39,917 nt of DNA from Escherichia phage vB_EcoA_ASO2B: the sequence record MZ726794.1, one strand, 5' to 3'. The notes under the pieces were generated by a model, which did no database searches, was not told the DNA's origin, and saw only the letters and a program-made list of their open reading frames with translations. Shown here piece after piece: positions 26,757 through 36,882 of the stretch (its first letter is position 1; the number at the start of each line of letters is the position of its first letter). Both the position numbers and the translations under genes were made by a program.

Positions 26757-29039
26757 ATGGCTAGTAATATTGAATCAGCTCTGGCTAATCGGACTATGGG
26801 TCGCGGCAGAGCGCCGGGTAAAACTATCGCCGTCAACTATCAAGCAGCCAACGTTCAGGCTCCGACTGGGGACTCCGGTCTGGCTCGTGCGTTAACCAAC
26901 TTCGTTGAGTCTGGGACTGGATTGTACAAGCAGTTCAAGGACGAGGAGAAGACCAGAGCTGACGAGCGGTCTAACGAGATTATCCGTAAACTGACACCTC
27001 AGCAAAGACGTGAGGCTATCCAGAACGGCACATTGCTGTATCAGGATGACCCTTACGCTATGGAAGCACTTCGAGTCAAGACTGGTCGTAATGCTGCCTT
27101 TGCTGTAGACGACGAGATTAACGTTAAGATTCAGAACGGTGAGTTCCGTACACGTCAGGACATGGAAGAGTATCGCCACCAGCGACTTCAGGACGCCGCT
27201 AAGTCCTATGCTGAAGAGGCGGGTATTAACCCTACAGACGAGTTCTTCCAGCGTGGGTTCAACGATAACATCACAGACCGCAACATAGCTATCTATGGGT
27301 CTTTCAATAAGTATTTCAGCAAGCAGTCTGAAGAGACAGCAATGTTGAACACCCGTATTGAGATGAACTCATTCCTGAACGATGGCGACCTGATGCGTTC
27401 ACCTGAGTCTGGCAAGACATTCATGACCTACCTTCGTGACGGACTGACTACTGCTGCTATCCCCTCGGACCAGCGAGCGCGTGAGGTCATTACCCAGACT
27501 GTACGTGACGCAATCCAGAAGTCAGGCGGCTCAAACTTCCTACAGCAAGTACGAGGCGAGCGAATCACACTTAACGGTGTGGATGCTACAGTCGAAGAGA
27601 TTGTAGGACCTGATGTCTTCAACGCTGCTATTGTTGAGGCACAAGGTACTGAGTATAAACTGGTGGCTAAGTATCAGGAAGACTTAGCGTTAGGCGTTCA
27701 GTCTGCGATTCTTCAGGACGACCCAACCATCGGTCTTGCCCAGATTCAGAAACTCAAGGAGCAGAACAACCTGCTTCAACCGGGTGAAGAACTCACACCT
27801 CAGCGTCAGATGCTTATTAATGCCGAAGCCAGCTTACTGGAAGCGGTAAAGCGTAAGTCTGCTGAACAGGCGAAGGAGAACACGAAGTTAATCCAGACCC
27901 AGAACAAGCAACTGGTCATTGACCAAGTTTATCAGCGACGTCTGGCTGGAGACAACGTGTCCACCAACTATGAGGACCTTCCGGTCTCTGAAGCCACAGG
28001 AGAGTTCAAGCGTTCAGACATGAACAACTATGCGTCTTCTAAGCTACAGCAGATTGACCAGATGGACATCCCTGAGGCTGCTAAGGACGCCCAGAAGGTG
28101 GCATTGTTAAGAGCTGACACTAACAACGGTCCGTTCCGTAATGCCTTCCAGACGCTTACTCAGGACGCTGCGGGTGAGTGGCAAGCTGCTGTCATCCGTG
28201 GACAGTACGACCAAGACAAGATGAAACGCTTCGAGTCTCTTCGTCGTGCCTACACTCAGGACCCTTCAAGTTTCGCTGCTCTGTATCCTGACCAAGCTCA
28301 GTTGTTCTCTACGTTCGACCAGATGGACAAGATGGGTCTGGACCCTCAGACGATGATTGAAGCTGATAAGCAAGCTGCAAGTCAAAGCCGCGAGATGCGC
28401 ATGGAGTCAGACAAGGCGTGGCAGGAGTTGAAGAACGACTCCAAGAACACCCAGTTGTCTCGCCTCCCAACGTCTCTGGACTCAAGTGCTCGTAAGGTCT
28501 GGGACTCATGGTACTATCGTACAGGTAACGCTGACGCTGCAACGCAGCAGACTCAACGCTGGCTGAATGAGAACACCGTAACGTTCCAGTCTGAAGGTTC
28601 TGACGGTAAGTCCATCGGCATGGTGTCCAAGCACCAGCTTATGGTCGGGGATAACCCAGAGTCGTGGCAGGTGGGTCGAGACATTATCGATACAGCTCGT
28701 AAGCAGCTCATTAAGGCCAACCCTTGGGTAGTGAACTCTCAGTTGTCCGTTGTTGAACAGAACGGCTCTATCTTCCTCCAAGACGCTACAGGGACTATTC
28801 GTATTCGCTACGATAAAGAACTTGTAGGTAAACTCTACCGCGAACAACAGCAGAAGGCACAAGATGCCGCATACGCTCAGGCAGAACGTGACGCTAACAA
28901 GCGAGCGCGTATCGTCGGGACTAAAGCTGCCGGTGACAAACGTCGAGCTGACCGAGAGGCCAACATCGAGAAGCGCGGAGGGATGTACAATGACGTCTCA
29001 TTGGAGGGTATCGCAAACGTACTAATCGGTAAGGAGTAA
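26757..29039 (+). CDS. Internal virion protein C (T7 gene 15 homolog)
   Basis: ADERSNEIIRKLTPQQRREAIQNGTLLYQDDPYAMEALRVKTGRNAA is near-identical to T7 gp15; size 760 vs 747 aa. Confidence 0.93.
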   Translation: MASNIESALANRTMGRGRAPGKTIAVNYQAANVQAPTGDSGLARALTNFVESGTGLYKQFKDEEKTRADERSNEIIRKLTPQQRREAIQNGTLLYQDDPYAMEALRVKTGRNAAFAVDDEINVKIQNGEFRTRQDMEEYRHQRLQDAAKSYAEEAGINPTDEFFQRGFNDNITDRNIAIYGSFNKYFSKQSEETAMLNTRIEMNSFLNDGDLMRSPESGKTFMTYLRDGLTTAAIPSDQRAREVITQTVRDAIQKSGGSNFLQQVRGERITLNGVDATVEEIVGPDVFNAAIVEAQGTEYKLVAKYQEDLALGVQSAILQDDPTIGLAQIQKLKEQNNLLQPGEELTPQRQMLINAEASLLEAVKRKSAEQAKENTKLIQTQNKQLVIDQVYQRRLAGDNVSTNYEDLPVSEATGEFKRSDMNNYASSKLQQIDQMDIPEAAKDAQKVALLRADTNNGPFRNAFQTLTQDAAGEWQAAVIRGQYDQDKMKRFESLRRAYTQDPSSFAALYPDQAQLFSTFDQMDKMGLDPQTMIEADKQAASQSREMRMESDKAWQELKNDSKNTQLSRLPTSLDSSARKVWDSWYYRTGNADAATQQTQRWLNENTVTFQSEGSDGKSIGMVSKHQLMVGDNPESWQVGRDIIDTARKQLIKANPWVVNSQLSVVEQNGSIFLQDATGTIRIRYDKELVGKLYREQQQKAQDAAYAQAERDANKRARIVGTKAAGDKRRADREANIEKRGGMYNDVSLEGIANVLIGKE

Positions 29040-29043
29040 CATA

Positions 29044-32000
29044 ATGGCGACTCGTGGTATTCGCAATAACAATCCGGGTAACATCCGGGTAAGTAAGGAC
29101 CAATGGGAAGGAATGACTGGAGATGATGGCTCATTCGTCACCTTCGATAGTCCAGAGTCTGGCGTCCGAGCTTTAGGTAAAAACCTGCTGTCCTACGGTC
29201 GCCAAGGTTATGACTCCATCGAGAAGATTATCAACCGATGGGCGCCTCCTAACGAGAACGACACTAAGGCTTATATTGACTCAGTGGTGGCTGCAACTGG
29301 TATTCCAGCTACCCAGAGTCTCGACCTATCGAACCCTGACACCCTGTCTGCTCTGGCGCAAGCTATTAGCTTCCATGAGACAGGCTCCCGGTACAATCCT
29401 GAAGTCTATCAGAAGGGAGTCGAAAGAGCACTTAACGGCATTAGCCCAAAGACTCCACCAGTAAGCGCTAACGTATTTGACGCACTCACGGAAGGACTCA
29501 AGGCTAAACCTAAAGTAGCTCTGGGTGAGAACCTTCCGACCGCTGCTGGTCTAAACATTGAGGGTCAAGCACCTGAAGCTCCCAACGAATCGTTCGGTGA
29601 GATGTTCTATAAGTCTACTGGCGAGACCATGCAGGAACGAGAGGATCGCTCTACGTGGTTCGGTTTCGGCTCGGCTACAGAAGCTGAAGTGAAGAACTCT
29701 ATGGTCGGCGTGGCTATCCGCGCTGGTCAGACCGAGGACTCACTTGATGTCATTGGCGATGTGTTCAACCCTACCCGCTGGAACAACCATAAGTGGTCTC
29801 GTGAGGAGCTGGACCAGATTCGTAACGCTGGAGTTCTCCCTCAGTATTACGGTGTCATTACTGGTGGCTCTCCTCAGAACCTGACCGAGCTTATTAACTT
29901 GGCGCTTGAGAACCAGAAGTTGGACCAAGAGAAGGCCAAGGCTGGGACTGGTGCTCAGCTAGCAGCTGGTGTGATTGGTGCTGGTGTAGACCCGCTGACC
30001 TACGTTCCTATCGCTGGACAGGTTGGCAAAGGTGCGAAGCTAGTCAACAAGATGTTCACCGTGGCTGCTCAATCTGGAGCACTTGCTGGTGTATCAGAGA
30101 TGGCCCGTACCTCAGTGGCTGGTGGGGATGCTCATGTGGCTGAAGCTATCCTTGGTGGTGCTCTCTTTGGTGGTGGTATGACTGCCATCGCTGATGGGTT
30201 AGGCAGAGCCTTAGGTCGCAACACTAATGAGTTTGCTGGCCCAGCTACACGTCTGGAAGCTCGTGAGACCGCTCGTAACGTTGATGGTCAGGACCTGTCT
30301 CGTCTTCCTATTCAGGAAGGTGAGCAGACCTTTAGTCATCAAGGCGTTAAGTTCGCTGACGTTCCTAATGAGCCGGGAAGTGTACGATTAGAAGATGGTT
30401 CAATCCTGATTGGTGAGAACCCTCTGAACCCTAAGACACGTCAAGTCTTCGACGAAGTGATTGAGCCAGAACGTGCCGCTGCTGGTGTGAACCTTGGTGG
30501 ACTTACCGAGATTGGTCTGAAGCTGCTTCGGTCTGAGAACCCTGAGATTCGTGGAGTAGCTGCTGACTTAGTACGTTCACCGACTGGTATGCAGTCTGGG
30601 GCCTCAGGTAAAATTGGGACAACTGCGTCAGACGTGTTCGAGAGGCTTCGTGCTGTGGACCATCGGTTCTACAACGACATCGACGATGCGGTTACTGAGG
30701 CACTAAAGGACCCGTACTTCCAGACAGCATTCTGGCGAGACTCTGGAGCATTCCGTCAGGACATCTACCAGCGCGTGTCTATGGCTATCGAAGATGGCAG
30801 CGGAAACCTGAAGGCTGAACTGACTCCGGGAGAACTTAAAGTCTATGACCTACTGAAGAACCAGTTTGACGCCAAGCGTGAGATGATGGAGAACCCAGCT
30901 ATGTTTGGTCGGTCAGATGCTCAGTCTATCTTTCCGGGCAGCCGCTTCAAGGGAACCTACGTCCCTCATGTGTATAGCAAACAGATGAAGGAGCTGTACA
31001 CCAAGGAGCTTGGGAGTCCAGAGGCGTTGCAGGAGGCCATCAAGAAGGCATGGTTGACCAGCTATGCGTCTCGACCTGAAGTCAAGAAACGCGTGGACGA
31101 GGCACTCTTAGAGTCTGACCCTACGTTGACTCCAGAAGGGCTTGCGGCTGCGGTCGATAAGTACGCCAACGATAAGGCTTACGGTATCTCCCACACCGAG
31201 CAGTTCGAACGTTCATCCGTAATGGAAGAGAACATCAACGGTCTGGTTGGTCTGGAGAACAACAGCTTCCTTGAGGCTCGTAACCTGTTCGATAGCGATA
31301 TGTCAATCGTCCTACCTAACGGTCAGACCTTCAGTGTCAACAACCTGCGTGAGTGGGACATGGACAAGATTGTCCCGGCATACAACCGTCGAGTTAATGG
31401 TGACATTGCTATTATGGCTGGTACAGGCAAGACAACGAAAGAAATGAAGGACTTGGTTGAGACCATGATGAACAAGGCTGGGGATGACGGTAAGTTGAAA
31501 GGTGAAGTATCTACCTTACGTGACACCTTGAAGATTCTAACTGGTCGTGCTCGACGTGATGGTGCTGACGATGCAGCCTTCGCTGCCGTGATGCGCACAA
31601 TGACAGACCTATCGTTCTTCGCTAAGAATGCCTATATGGGTGTTCAGAACTTAACGGAGATTGGTGGTATGCTGGCCCGTGGTAACGTTCGCGCAATGCT
31701 GCATGGAGTCCCAATTTTCCGTGACCTAGCCTTCCGTAACAAGAAAGTTGGGGCCTCAGAGATTAAGGACCTGCACAATGTTATCTTTGGTAAGGAGCTG
31801 GATGACTCAATCCGTCCGTCTAAACAGGATGTCATTGACCGTCTGCGATCTTACAGTGACCTCGGTCGTGGTACAGCTACAGCTCTGGGGACTGCCAAGT
31901 ATTACACTGGCGAACTTGCAGTACGCTCTCCGTTCACTAAAGCCCTCAACGGTACGACCAACTACCTGTTAGATGCTGGACGTCAAGGCTTCCTGTCTGA

Positions 32001-32931
32001 CATCGTGGAGCATAGCCTGACTGGTAGTAAGCGTAAATTCGATGACCGCTGGCTGAAGACAGCTGGTATCTCTGACGAGCAGTGGAAGGGCATTAAGTCC
32101 CTAATCCGTGAGTCAGTGACTCGTGGTCCAGACGGGAAGTATATCATCAAGGATAAGAAGGCGTTCAGTCAGGACCCAAGGGCTATGGACCTGTGGCGTA
32201 TGGGTGATACCATCGCTGACGAAACGTTACTCCGGCCACACAAGCTGTCCAACATGGACGCCAAGGCTTATGGTCCTCTCGCTAAGACTGTCCTTCAGTT
32301 TAAGAACTTCGTCATCAAGTCCATCAATGGACGTACCATGCGAACCTTCTATAACGCCACGAAGAACAACCGAGCGATGGACGCTGCCTTGTCCACTGTG
32401 ATGTCTATGGGTCTGGCTGGTATCTACTACATGGCTCAGGCGCACGTCAAGGCCTACGCTATGCAGGATGGTCGAGACCGTGACTACCTCAAGCAAGCTC
32501 TAGACCCGACGATGATTGGATATGCAGCTCTATCACGTAGTTCACATCTTGGTGGACCACTTGGGGTAGCTAACATTCTGGGTGGCATCGCTGGGTATGA
32601 GGACACTAAGATGCTCCGTTCGTCTATCCTACCTCGTTCGCCTACAGAGAAGCCTGAACGTGCCATCGCGTATGGTGCAGCTACAAGCGGCCCTGTGATG
32701 AATGTTGTTGGTAACTTCTTGGAGCAGGTTCCAGCTTTCGGATATGCTGCTAACGTTGGCGCTTCGGCTTACAACTTGGCTGGCTACCTCAAGGCTGATA
32801 CTCGTGTCAACGAGCGTGACTACATGACCGGGATGTATAATACGTTCCGTGAACTGGTTCCGAACGACCCAATTACCCAGAAGCTGTTGCTTGGAACGTT
32901 TGAGGAGCAAGGTATCCACATCAAGGACTAA
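29044..32931 (+). CDS. Internal virion protein D (T7 gene 16 homolog), 1295 aa, with divergent N-terminal domain
   Basis: From about residue 200 onward matches T7 gp16 (RLEARETARN, DLVRSPTGMQSGASGK, PHVYS, EENIxGLVGxENNSFLEARNLFDSD, RPHK, LSRSS); N-terminal ~150 aa lack the T7 transglycosylase motif I recall. Confidence 0.92.
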   Translation: MATRGIRNNNPGNIRVSKDQWEGMTGDDGSFVTFDSPESGVRALGKNLLSYGRQGYDSIEKIINRWAPPNENDTKAYIDSVVAATGIPATQSLDLSNPDTLSALAQAISFHETGSRYNPEVYQKGVERALNGISPKTPPVSANVFDALTEGLKAKPKVALGENLPTAAGLNIEGQAPEAPNESFGEMFYKSTGETMQEREDRSTWFGFGSATEAEVKNSMVGVAIRAGQTEDSLDVIGDVFNPTRWNNHKWSREELDQIRNAGVLPQYYGVITGGSPQNLTELINLALENQKLDQEKAKAGTGAQLAAGVIGAGVDPLTYVPIAGQVGKGAKLVNKMFTVAAQSGALAGVSEMARTSVAGGDAHVAEAILGGALFGGGMTAIADGLGRALGRNTNEFAGPATRLEARETARNVDGQDLSRLPIQEGEQTFSHQGVKFADVPNEPGSVRLEDGSILIGENPLNPKTRQVFDEVIEPERAAAGVNLGGLTEIGLKLLRSENPEIRGVAADLVRSPTGMQSGASGKIGTTASDVFERLRAVDHRFYNDIDDAVTEALKDPYFQTAFWRDSGAFRQDIYQRVSMAIEDGSGNLKAELTPGELKVYDLLKNQFDAKREMMENPAMFGRSDAQSIFPGSRFKGTYVPHVYSKQMKELYTKELGSPEALQEAIKKAWLTSYASRPEVKKRVDEALLESDPTLTPEGLAAAVDKYANDKAYGISHTEQFERSSVMEENINGLVGLENNSFLEARNLFDSDMSIVLPNGQTFSVNNLREWDMDKIVPAYNRRVNGDIAIMAGTGKTTKEMKDLVETMMNKAGDDGKLKGEVSTLRDTLKILTGRARRDGADDAAFAAVMRTMTDLSFFAKNAYMGVQNLTEIGGMLARGNVRAMLHGVPIFRDLAFRNKKVGASEIKDLHNVIFGKELDDSIRPSKQDVIDRLRSYSDLGRGTATALGTAKYYTGELAVRSPFTKALNGTTNYLLDAGRQGFLSDIVEHSLTGSKRKFDDRWLKTAGISDEQWKGIKSLIRESVTRGPDGKYIIKDKKAFSQDPRAMDLWRMGDTIADETLLRPHKLSNMDAKAYGPLAKTVLQFKNFVIKSINGRTMRTFYNATKNNRAMDAALSTVMSMGLAGIYYMAQAHVKAYAMQDGRDRDYLKQALDPTMIGYAALSRSSHLGGPLGVANILGGIAGYEDTKMLRSSILPRSPTEKPERAIAYGAATSGPVMNVVGNFLEQVPAFGYAANVGASAYNLAGYLKADTRVNERDYMTGMYNTFRELVPNDPITQKLLLGTFEEQGIHIKD

Positions 32932-32949
32932 ACTATCACTATAGGAAAC
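32927..32949 (+). promoter_or_regulatory. Phage RNAP promoter (phi17-like)
   Basis: ggactaaactatcactataggaaac overlapping the gp16 stop. Confidence 0.8.
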
Positions 32950-32995
32950 GGGAGGCGCTATCATAGGTCTCCTTTAATTCATAACAGGAGGCATA

Positions 32996-35900
32996 ATGTC
33001 CACGATTACACAATTCCCTTCAGGAAACACTCAGTACAGGATTGAGTTCGACTACCTCGCCAGAACGTTTATTGTTGTTACGCTGGTGAATAGCTCTAAC
33101 CCTACCCTGAACCGTGTACTGGAAGTTGGTCGAGATTACCGATTCCTTAATCCAACGATGATTGAGATGTTGGTTGACCAATCAGGTTTCGACATCGTTC
33201 GTATTCACCGTCAGACTGGAACTGACTTAGTGGTAGACTTCAGGAATGGCTCAGTGTTGACAGCTAGTGACCTGACCAATTCAGAGCTTCAGGCTATCCA
33301 TATTGCAGAAGAAGGTAGAGACCAAACGGTTGACTTAGCGAAGGAATATGCCGATGCTGCTAGTAGCTCTGCTGGCAACGCTAAGGATAGCGAGGACGAA
33401 GCACGACGAATCGCTGAGAGTATCAGGGAAGCTGGTCTAATTGGCTATATTACCCGTCGCTCCTTCGAGAAAGGCTACAACGTTACAACATGGAGCGAGG
33501 TCCTGCTATGGGAAGAGGATGGTGATTATTACCGCTGGGATGGTACGCTTCCAAAGAACGTTCCTGCTGGTTCAACTCCTGAAACTTCCGGTGGGATTGG
33601 ATTAGGTGCGTGGGTTAGTGTTGGTGATGCTGCTTTAAGAAGTCAGATTTCAAATCCTGAGGGGGCAATACTCTACCCTGAATTACATAGAGCACGCTGG
33701 CTTGATGAAAAAGATGTTCGTGGTTGGGGTGCTAAAGGTGATGGTGTCACTGATGATACAGCAGCGTTAACGAGCGCATTAAACGACATACCGGTTGGAC
33801 AAAAGATTAATGGCAATGGGAAGACATATAAGGTCACGTCCCTGCCTGACATTAGTCGCTTCATCAACACTCGTTTCGTTTATGAGCGCATTCCCGGACA
33901 ACCTCTTTATTATGCCTCTGAGGAATTTGTTCAGGGTGAGTTGTTCAAAATAACTGACACCCCTTATTACAATGCGTGGCCTCAGGATAAAGCGTTCGTA
34001 TATGATAATGTGATATATGCACCTTACATGGGCAGCGATCGTCATGGTGTCAGTCGTCTGCATGTATCATGGGTTAAGTCTGGTGATGATGGTCAAACAT
34101 GGTCTACTCCAGAGTGGTTAACTGATCTGCATCCAGATTACCCTACAGTGAACTATCACTGTATGAGTATGGGTGTATGTCGCAACCGTCTGTTTGCCAT
34201 GATTGAAACACGTACTTTAGCCAAGAACGCATTAACCAATTGTGCATTGTGGGATCGCCCCATGTCTCGTAGCCTGCATCTTACTGGTGGTATCACTAAA
34301 GCTGCAAATCAGCAATATGCAACAATACATGTACCAGACCACGGACTATTCGTGGGTGATTTTGTTAACTTCTCTAATTCTGCGGTAACAGGTGTATCCG
34401 GTGATATGACTGTTGCAACCGTAATAGATAAGGACAACTTCACGGTTCTTACACCCAACCAGCAGACTTCAGATTTGAATAACGCTGGAAAGAATTGGCA
34501 CATGGGTACGTCTTTCCATAAGTCTCCATGGCGTAAGACAGACCTTGGTCTAATCCCTCGTGTCACAGAGGTGCATAGCTTTGCTACTATTGATAACAAT
34601 GGCTTTGTTATGGGTTATCATCAAGGCGATGTAGCCCCACGCGAAGTTGGGCTTTTCTACTTCCCTGATGCTTTCAATAGCCCATCTAGTTATGTTCGTC
34701 GTCAGATACCATCTGAGTATGAACCAGATGCGTCAGAGCCGTGCATCAAGTACTATGACGGTGTATTATACCTTATCACTCGTGGCACTCGTGGGGATAG
34801 ACTAGGTAGCTCTTTGCATCGTAGTAGAGACATAGGTCAGACTTGGGAGTCACTGAGATTTCCACATAATGTTCATCATACTACATTACCTTTTGCTAAA
34901 GTAGGGGATGACCTTATTATGTTTGGTTCAGAACGTGCAGAAAATGAATGGGAAGCAGGTGCACCAGATGATCGTTACAAGGCATCTTATCCTCGCACCT
35001 TCTATGCACGCTTGAATGTAAACAATTGGAATGCAGATGATATTGAATGGGTTAACATCACTGACCAGATTTATCAGGGCGGAATAGTTAACTCAGGTGT
35101 AGGTGTTGGTTCGGTAGTTGTGAAGGATAATTACATCTACTACATGTTTGGTGGAGAGGACCATTTTAACCCATGGGCATATGGAGATAACTCAGCGAAG
35201 GACCCATTCAAATCAGATGGTCATCCCTCAGATTTGTATTGCTACAAAATGAAGATTGGCCCAAGCAATCATGTTTCCCGTGATTTCAGGTATGGTGCTG
35301 TACCTAACAGAGCTGTTCCCGTGTTTTTTGATACGAATGGGATTCGCACTGTTCCTGCGCCAATGGAATTTACAGGGGATTTGGGTTTAGGTCATGTGAC
35401 CCTTAGAGCCAGCACCAGTAGTAACATTCGCTCTGAAGTTTTAATGGAAGGTGAATATGGGTTTATCGGGAAGTCTATACCGACTGATAATCCAGCAGGG
35501 CAGCGCACCATATTTTGCGGAGGTGAAGGCACCAGTTCAACGACTGGCGCACAGATTACGCTTTATGGTGCAAATAACACCGACTCAAGGCGAATAGTTT
35601 ACAATGGTGATGAGCATCTGTTCCAGACTGCTGACGTTAAGCCTTATAACGATAACGCCATTGCGCTTGGTGGGCCAAGTAACCGTTTCACAACTGCATA
35701 TCTCGGAAGCAACCCTATTGTTACTTCTAATGGGGAGAAGAAAACAGAGCCGGTAGTTTTTGATGATGCTTTCCTAGATGCCTGGGGTGACGTTCACTAC
35801 ATCATGTATCAATGGTTAGATGCTGTTCAACTGAAAGGCAATGATGCTCGTATTCACTTCGGGGTTATTGCTCAGCAAATTCGTGATGTATTCATTGCAC

Positions 35901-36190
35901 ACGGTCTGATGGATGAAAACAGTACGAATTGTCGTTATGCCGTTCTGTGTTATGACAAGTATCCACGGATGACCGATACGGTATTTTCGCACAATGAAAT
36001 CATTGAACACACTGACGAGGAGGGTAATGTCACTACTACGGAAGAGCCTGTATTCACTGAGGTGGTTATCCATGAAGAGGGTGAAGAGTGGGGTGTCCGG
36101 CCTGACGGAATTTTCTTTGCTGAAGCCGCTTATCAGAGAAGAAAACTGGAAAGAATCGAAGCCAGACTTTCTGCTCTTGAACAGAAGTAA
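32996..36190 (+). CDS. Tail fibre / tailspike (gene 17), 1064 aa: T7-type N-terminal adaptor fused to sialidase-type (endosialidase-like) depolymerase with C-terminal intramolecular chaperone
   Basis: N-terminus RIEFDYLARTFIVVTL matches the T7 gp17 adaptor (NIPFEYLARKFVVVTL); two perfect Asp-boxes SGDDGQTW (34079-34102) and SRDIGQTW (34823-34846); C-terminal HFGVIAQQ chaperone motif with Ser911-x3-Lys-Lys at 35726. Confidence 0.9.
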   Translation: MSTITQFPSGNTQYRIEFDYLARTFIVVTLVNSSNPTLNRVLEVGRDYRFLNPTMIEMLVDQSGFDIVRIHRQTGTDLVVDFRNGSVLTASDLTNSELQAIHIAEEGRDQTVDLAKEYADAASSSAGNAKDSEDEARRIAESIREAGLIGYITRRSFEKGYNVTTWSEVLLWEEDGDYYRWDGTLPKNVPAGSTPETSGGIGLGAWVSVGDAALRSQISNPEGAILYPELHRARWLDEKDVRGWGAKGDGVTDDTAALTSALNDIPVGQKINGNGKTYKVTSLPDISRFINTRFVYERIPGQPLYYASEEFVQGELFKITDTPYYNAWPQDKAFVYDNVIYAPYMGSDRHGVSRLHVSWVKSGDDGQTWSTPEWLTDLHPDYPTVNYHCMSMGVCRNRLFAMIETRTLAKNALTNCALWDRPMSRSLHLTGGITKAANQQYATIHVPDHGLFVGDFVNFSNSAVTGVSGDMTVATVIDKDNFTVLTPNQQTSDLNNAGKNWHMGTSFHKSPWRKTDLGLIPRVTEVHSFATIDNNGFVMGYHQGDVAPREVGLFYFPDAFNSPSSYVRRQIPSEYEPDASEPCIKYYDGVLYLITRGTRGDRLGSSLHRSRDIGQTWESLRFPHNVHHTTLPFAKVGDDLIMFGSERAENEWEAGAPDDRYKASYPRTFYARLNVNNWNADDIEWVNITDQIYQGGIVNSGVGVGSVVVKDNYIYYMFGGEDHFNPWAYGDNSAKDPFKSDGHPSDLYCYKMKIGPSNHVSRDFRYGAVPNRAVPVFFDTNGIRTVPAPMEFTGDLGLGHVTLRASTSSNIRSEVLMEGEYGFIGKSIPTDNPAGQRTIFCGGEGTSSTTGAQITLYGANNTDSRRIVYNGDEHLFQTADVKPYNDNAIALGGPSNRFTTAYLGSNPIVTSNGEKKTEPVVFDDAFLDAWGDVHYIMYQWLDAVQLKGNDARIHFGVIAQQIRDVFIAHGLMDENSTNCRYAVLCYDKYPRMTDTVFSHNEIIEHTDEEGNVTTTEEPVFTEVVIHEEGEEWGVRPDGIFFAEAAYQRRKLERIEARLSALEQK

Positions 36191-36323
36191 TAAACAAAAC
36201 CCTTTTGCCATTAAGTTGGTGGGTAGATGTTAGAAGGTTGTGGAGTTAGAGGCTAACTACACGCTAGACAACATAAGGTAACAACTTTGGGTCACGGACG
36301 ACCCGCTTTAAACTGGAGGTTTT

Positions 36324-36521
36324 ATGATTGAGTTAGACTTCAAGAATGAGGTCCTTAAAGCCTCTCCTATAGTCGGGACCGCTGCGGCTGATGGTGCCAG
36401 TCGGTTCTTCTTCGGACTTACACTGAACGAATGGTTCTACGTTGCAGCTATCGCGTACACCGTTGTCCAGATTGGTGTGCTAGTCTACAAAACGATTAAA
36501 GGAGGCGGTGGTAAAACATGA
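36324..36521 (+). CDS. Holin (gene 17.5-like)
   Basis: 65 aa with one transmembrane segment (YVAAIAYTVVQIGVLVY); located before the terminase/spanin genes as in T7. Confidence 0.7.
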   Translation: MIELDFKNEVLKASPIVGTAAADGASRFFFGLTLNEWFYVAAIAYTVVQIGVLVYKTIKGGGGKT

Positions 36522-36781
36522 CGCAGATGGACTTAGAGAAGTTCCTCTTAATGCTAGATACTGAACGTGCTCGACTCATGCTGCAAGACCTGCGGGATGA
36601 CACTAAGCGTTCACCTCAGCTCTACAACGCCATTGAGAAGCTACTGGCTCGTCACAACTTTGTGTTAAGCAAGGTGTCTGTTGACGAGAAGACGCTGGCT
36701 GATATGGAGGCCCTGAACGCAGAGTACGATAAGGTGCTCTCCGCTACGGAAGATAATGACACCGGGTATGGTGTTCAATAA
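36518..36781 (+). CDS. Terminase small subunit (T7 gene 18 homolog)
   Basis: FLLMLDTERARLMLQDLRDDTKRSPQLYNAIEKLLARHNF resembles T7 gp18; size 87 vs 89 aa. Confidence 0.8.
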   Translation: MTQMDLEKFLLMLDTERARLMLQDLRDDTKRSPQLYNAIEKLLARHNFVLSKVSVDEKTLADMEALNAEYDKVLSATEDNDTGYGVQ

Positions 36782-36783
36782 GT

Positions 36784-36832
36784 GTTAGACTCAAGGTCAT
36801 TACTGTATGTAGTGGCCTTTATGGTTAACACT
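36784..36832 (+). promoter_or_regulatory. RNase III-type processing site (R18.5-like)
   Basis: tagactcaaggtcattactgtatgtagtggcctttatggttaac; third copy of the 6248/13468 motif. Confidence 0.55.
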
Positions 36833-36882
36833 AACTAGTGGAGGAGACTCTACGTGCAATCTGATAAACCGGGAGGGCAACT

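Noticed and set aside
36191-36323. Short hairpin gggtc-acggac-gaccc between gene 17 and the holin as a terminator
   Set aside because: Stem of only 5 bp and no convincing U-tract; T7 has no terminator at this position.
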